DNA of 64,000 nt. Source: Gemmatimonadota bacterium (GTDB lineage Bacteria; Gemmatimonadota; Gemmatimonadetes; Gemmatimonadales; Gemmatimonadaceae). Under the pieces are notes generated by a model. It was not told where the DNA came from. It ran no database searches and saw only the letters and a list, made by a program, of their open reading frames with translations. Shown piece after piece: positions 60,581 through 64,000 of this stretch. Position 1 is the first letter of the stretch, and the number at the start of each line of letters is the position of its first letter. The position numbers and the translations under genes were made by a program. The stretch covers positions 1 to 64,000 of the forward strand of contig JAZJZK010000027.1 in assembly GCA_040389905.1 (NCBI GenBank), read 5' to 3'.

Positions 60581-61636
60581 ATGGCCACCGCAGACGAGCT
60601 CACGCCACGCGAGCGCCGCGTCCTCAATGCGGTCATTCAGACATACGTGCAAACCGCTGAACCCGCCGGCTCGCGCATCCTGTCTCGACGGTTCAGCCTG
60701 GGTGTCTCTCCGGCCACCATTCGGAACACCATGAGCGACCTCGAGGAAAAGGGGTTTCTCATGCATCCGCATACGTCAGCCGGCCGCGTCCCCACGGACA
60801 AGGCCTACCGGACCTATGTGGACTCGTTGCTCACCGCGCCGCCGGAAACGATCGTTGCGGCTGAGCGCGAACGGCTTCAGGCCGAGATCTCGTCCAGCAA
60901 TTCCACGATCGACACCATTCTTCGACGCGCGGCGCAATCGCTGGGCGTTTTGACGCAGGAACTCGGCGTGGCGCTCGGACCGCGGCTCGACGCGAGCGTT
61001 CTCCGCTCGCTCGAATTGGTTCGCGTCGGCGGCGAGCGCTTGTTGCTCGTCCTCACGCTCGACGGCGGTGTCGTGCGCACGGTGTTCGTCGAAGTCCGAG
61101 GAACGCTCGCGGACTCCGCCGTAACTGAAGTCACGCGCGTGCTCAACGAGCGACTCGCTGGGCACACGCTGCGGGCACTCCGCGCCTCGGTTGGGGAGCG
61201 GCTTCGCGATTCCGCCACCATGCCGGAGGCCGAGGAGCTCCTGAATGTGTTCGTGCAGGAAGGCGAGCAGTTGCTCGATTCCGCGTTGCCCATCAGTGAA
61301 GGCGTCATCGTGGGACAGGCGAGCGTGCTGGCTGCGCAGCCGGAATTCGGTGGGGCGGAGAACTTACGGCGGCTTTTGACGCTTACTGAAGAGCCGGCGC
61401 GCCTCGCCGATGCCTTGCGTCGCACCCACGAAGGGCGGGAGCGCCCCGGGGTGAGCATCACCATCGGCGGCGAGCACGGCGATCCGCGCCTCGAACAATT
61501 CACGGTCGTGACGGCGGAGTATCATGCCGGTGCGCTCGCCGGAATTATCGGGGTGATCGGGCCGACGCGCATGCCGTACGAGAAGGTCATATCGCTTGTG
61601 CAGCACACGTCTCGTCTCTTGTCCGACCTGTTGTAG
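60581..61636 (+). CDS. hrcA: Heat-inducible transcription repressor
   Basis: SPATIRNTMSDLE, PHTSAGRVPT, GVIGPTRMPY. Confidence 0.96.
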   Translation: MATADELTPRERRVLNAVIQTYVQTAEPAGSRILSRRFSLGVSPATIRNTMSDLEEKGFLMHPHTSAGRVPTDKAYRTYVDSLLTAPPETIVAAERERLQAEISSSNSTIDTILRRAAQSLGVLTQELGVALGPRLDASVLRSLELVRVGGERLLLVLTLDGGVVRTVFVEVRGTLADSAVTEVTRVLNERLAGHTLRALRASVGERLRDSATMPEAEELLNVFVQEGEQLLDSALPISEGVIVGQASVLAAQPEFGGAENLRRLLTLTEEPARLADALRRTHEGRERPGVSITIGGEHGDPRLEQFTVVTAEYHAGALAGIIGVIGPTRMPYEKVISLVQHTSRLLSDLL

Positions 61637-61647
61637 CTTCTACCTGT

Positions 61648-61690
61648 TGTCACCCCGGGCGAGCGAAGCTTTGTCCAGGGGTCTGCACTT
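61648..61690. repeat. Degenerate single REP copy between hrcA and dnaJ
   Basis: TGTCACCCCGGGCGAGCGAAG...GGGGTCTGCACTT resembles 56553-56587. Confidence 0.6.
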
Positions 61691-61734
61691 TCCGAAGTAC
61701 ACGCTTTACCTGCATCGCGAGTTTTTGAGAGACC

Positions 61735-62862
61735 ATGGCCGATTTCTACGCAGTCCTCGGTGTCGAACGGAGTGCCGCCGACGACGAGATCAAGAAAGCA
61801 TACCGAAAGCTTGCGATGGCCTACCATCCCGACAGGAATGGCGGCTCGAAGGAGGCTGAGGAGAAGTTCAAGGAGATTACCGAGGCATACGACGTGCTCC
61901 GCGATCCGCAAAAGCGCGCCACGTTCGATCGGTATGGCGAGGCGGGTCTACGCCGCGGTGGCGCGGACTTCCATCACGTCGACCTCTCGGAAGCACTCGG
62001 CATTTTCATGCGGGATTTCGGCGGGATGGGCGGACTCGAGGACCTGTTCGGCGGGCGCGGGGGCAGCAACCAGCGCAGTGGAATGGACGTCAAGATCACC
62101 CTGCCGCTCACGCTCGTGGAAGTCGCCACCGGTGTCGACAAGGAGATCAAGCTCAAGGTTCTCGACTCCTGCGAGGCCTGCAAAGGCAGCGGCGCGGAAC
62201 CCGGAACGAAATCCGCGCCCTGCGCGACGTGCGCGGGTCACGGTGAGGTTCGGCGGGCGCAGCGCTCGTTCTTCGGCCAGTTCGTCACGGTCGCGCCATG
62301 CCCTGCGTGCAAGGGCGAGGGGCAGGTGATCGAGACACCGTGCAGAAAGTGCCGAGGCGAAGGTCGCGTGCGTGGCGACAAGTCGATCAAGGTTTCCGTT
62401 CCCGCAGGAGTCGCGACCGGTCAGTACATGACGCTGCGCGGTGTTGGCAATGCCGGCACACGGAATGGAGAGCGTGGCGATGTGCATGTCGTCTTCGACG
62501 TCGCCGAGGATCCGCGATTCGAGCGCGAAGGCGAAGACCTGTACACCGAAGTTCTCCTCACCTATCCACAGCTCGTTTTCGGTGCGACGGTCGAGGTGCC
62601 GACGGCCACGAGCGCGGTCGCGCTCAGTGTTCCGCCGGCGACCCAGAGTGGTCAGGTGTTCCACCTGCGTGGTCGCGGTCTCTCGCGTGTGAACGCGGCC
62701 GGGACGGGCGATCTCCACGTGCGCGTCCAGCTTTGGACGCCGGACAAGATGAGCGACGAAGAGAAGCGCTTGCTCGGTCGGCTCGGCGAGATTCAGGGGG
62801 CCGTTCCCACCGACCGCGGCAAAGGTCTGTGGGCGAAGATGCGCGAAGCGCTCGGCGCATGA
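61735..62862 (+). CDS. dnaJ: Chaperone DnaJ
   Basis: J-domain HPD, four CxxCxGxG repeats. Confidence 0.97.
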   Translation: MADFYAVLGVERSAADDEIKKAYRKLAMAYHPDRNGGSKEAEEKFKEITEAYDVLRDPQKRATFDRYGEAGLRRGGADFHHVDLSEALGIFMRDFGGMGGLEDLFGGRGGSNQRSGMDVKITLPLTLVEVATGVDKEIKLKVLDSCEACKGSGAEPGTKSAPCATCAGHGEVRRAQRSFFGQFVTVAPCPACKGEGQVIETPCRKCRGEGRVRGDKSIKVSVPAGVATGQYMTLRGVGNAGTRNGERGDVHVVFDVAEDPRFEREGEDLYTEVLLTYPQLVFGATVEVPTATSAVALSVPPATQSGQVFHLRGRGLSRVNAAGTGDLHVRVQLWTPDKMSDEEKRLLGRLGEIQGAVPTDRGKGLWAKMREALGA

Positions 62863-63680
62863 CCTGGCTCTCAGTTCGCGTTCGTCCCGGAGCGTTTCGC
62901 GACCGGGCGCTCGCGGCGTTGTTCGGCGCCGGCTCGGAAGGGGTCCACGAGGCAGGTGACGAGCTCGTCACGCACTTTCCCGGCGAGACCGACGCGGAGT
63001 ATGTGACGTCGCTCGTCCTCGAGGCCGATCCGGACGCGCAGGTCGACGCGTCACTGGTGCCCGCGGTCGACTGGACGCAGGAGTGGAAGAAGGGCGTCGG
63101 CGCGCATGACCTCGGAGCGCTTGCGATTGTGCCTCCGTGGCTCGCGGCAGGGCGCGATCCCGCTCGCACGATCGTGATCGAACCGCAGATGGCGTTCGGC
63201 ACAGGTGAGCACGAGACAACCCGCGGCGTCGTCCGCCTCCTGCCCGATATCATTCGCGTCGGGGATCGTGTGGCCGATCTCGGCAGCGGGAGCGCAGTCC
63301 TTTCCATCGGCGCGGCCAAGCTCGGCGCACGACACGTGAGCGCCATCGAAATCGATCACGACTCGATCGCCAACGCCCACGAGAACGTTGCACGCAATGG
63401 CGTGGCAGACCGCGTGTCGATTCTCGAGGGAGACGCCACGATTCTGTTGCCGCTGATTGCGCCTTTCCGTGTGATTCTCGCGAACATCATTTCGTCGGTG
63501 CTCACCGAACTGACGCCGGCGATCGTCGCGTCGCTCACCGTGGACGGCGTAGTCGTACTCAGTGGAATCCTTGGCGAGGAGCGCGAGATGATGATCGGCG
63601 TGGCCAACGCGAACGGGCTGTCGCTGGTGTCCGAAGACGCCGAGGGGCTGTGGTGGAGCGCGAGCTTCAGGCGCACATAG
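62859..63680 (+). CDS. prmA: Ribosomal protein L11 methyltransferase
   Basis: [33 protein letters not shown]. Confidence 0.93.
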   Translation: MTWLSVRVRPGAFRDRALAALFGAGSEGVHEAGDELVTHFPGETDAEYVTSLVLEADPDAQVDASLVPAVDWTQEWKKGVGAHDLGALAIVPPWLAAGRDPARTIVIEPQMAFGTGEHETTRGVVRLLPDIIRVGDRVADLGSGSAVLSIGAAKLGARHVSAIEIDHDSIANAHENVARNGVADRVSILEGDATILLPLIAPFRVILANIISSVLTELTPAIVASLTVDGVVVLSGILGEEREMMIGVANANGLSLVSEDAEGLWWSASFRRT

Positions 63681-64000
63681 CGACGTACTACGCGCCGGGC
63701 GCGTGGGGCGATCGCGTCGAACTCGCCGAGAGCGCCGCGCATCATGCGACTGTGAAGCGCGCGAGTGTCGGCGATGCCGTGGGTCTCTCGAGCGGAGACG
63801 GTCGACTCGCGGTCGGCGTAATTGCGGAGTTGAGCAAGAAGCGTCTCGTGATTGCCGTCGATCCGAACACGGTCGAACGCATTGCTGCGCCGCCGCGCGT
63901 CGAGCTCTGGGCGCCAGTTGGTGACCGCGACCGCATGCTGTTGCTCGCGGAGAAGACGGTGGAGCTGGGCGTGAGTGTCTGGCAGCCCGTCGTGTACGCA
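63650..64000 (+). CDS. rsmE: 16S rRNA m3U1498 methyltransferase, partial (runs off window)
   Basis: In-frame AAHHATVKR..VGD, GDG, LAEKTVELGV; follows prmA. Confidence 0.8.
   Translation, partial: MVERELQAHIATYYAPGAWGDRVELAESAAHHATVKRASVGDAVGLSSGDGRLAVGVIAELSKKRLVIAVDPNTVERIAAPPRVELWAPVGDRDRMLLLAEKTVELGVSVWQPVVYA

Noticed and set aside
60563..60590. Possible CIRCE operator before hrcA
   Set aside because: Only TTAGCA is present; no GAGTGCTAA arm at 9-nt spacing

Overview
High-GC bacterial chromosome window; gene content and order suggest Gemmatimonadota (inference). It opens with the 3' end of a group II intron (1-53) that appears to have inserted into a palindromic REP-like element. Housekeeping genes follow (cca, ZIP transporter, rarA, LEA-2 lipoprotein, hflX). 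A ~34 kb surface-polysaccharide region (6.2-40.7 kb) carries two Wzi paralogues, rmlBACD, a priming sugar transferase, an MBOAT+SGNH acylation pair, Wzz/Wzy/Wzx, wecB, an AsnB-type amidotransferase, a heparinase II/III protein, three SAM methyltransferases, a sugar C-methyltransferase, gmd and hldA. The most notable region is 40.8-51.7 kb, a candidate sphingolipid/ceramide locus: SDR reductase, a single 1624-aa FAAL-acyl-CoA dehydrogenase-ACP-alpha-oxoamine synthase (Spt-like) fusion, a PAP2/Aur1-like membrane enzyme, a GNAT resembling bacterial ceramide synthase, and an MlaEFD transporter. The window ends with tRNA-Val, an SLBB export protein, and obgE-dprA-hemW-hrcA-dnaJ-prmA-rsmE. Two tRNAs, several REP copies and three probable non-canonical start codons are also visible. 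All calls are from motif recognition only; no searches were run.
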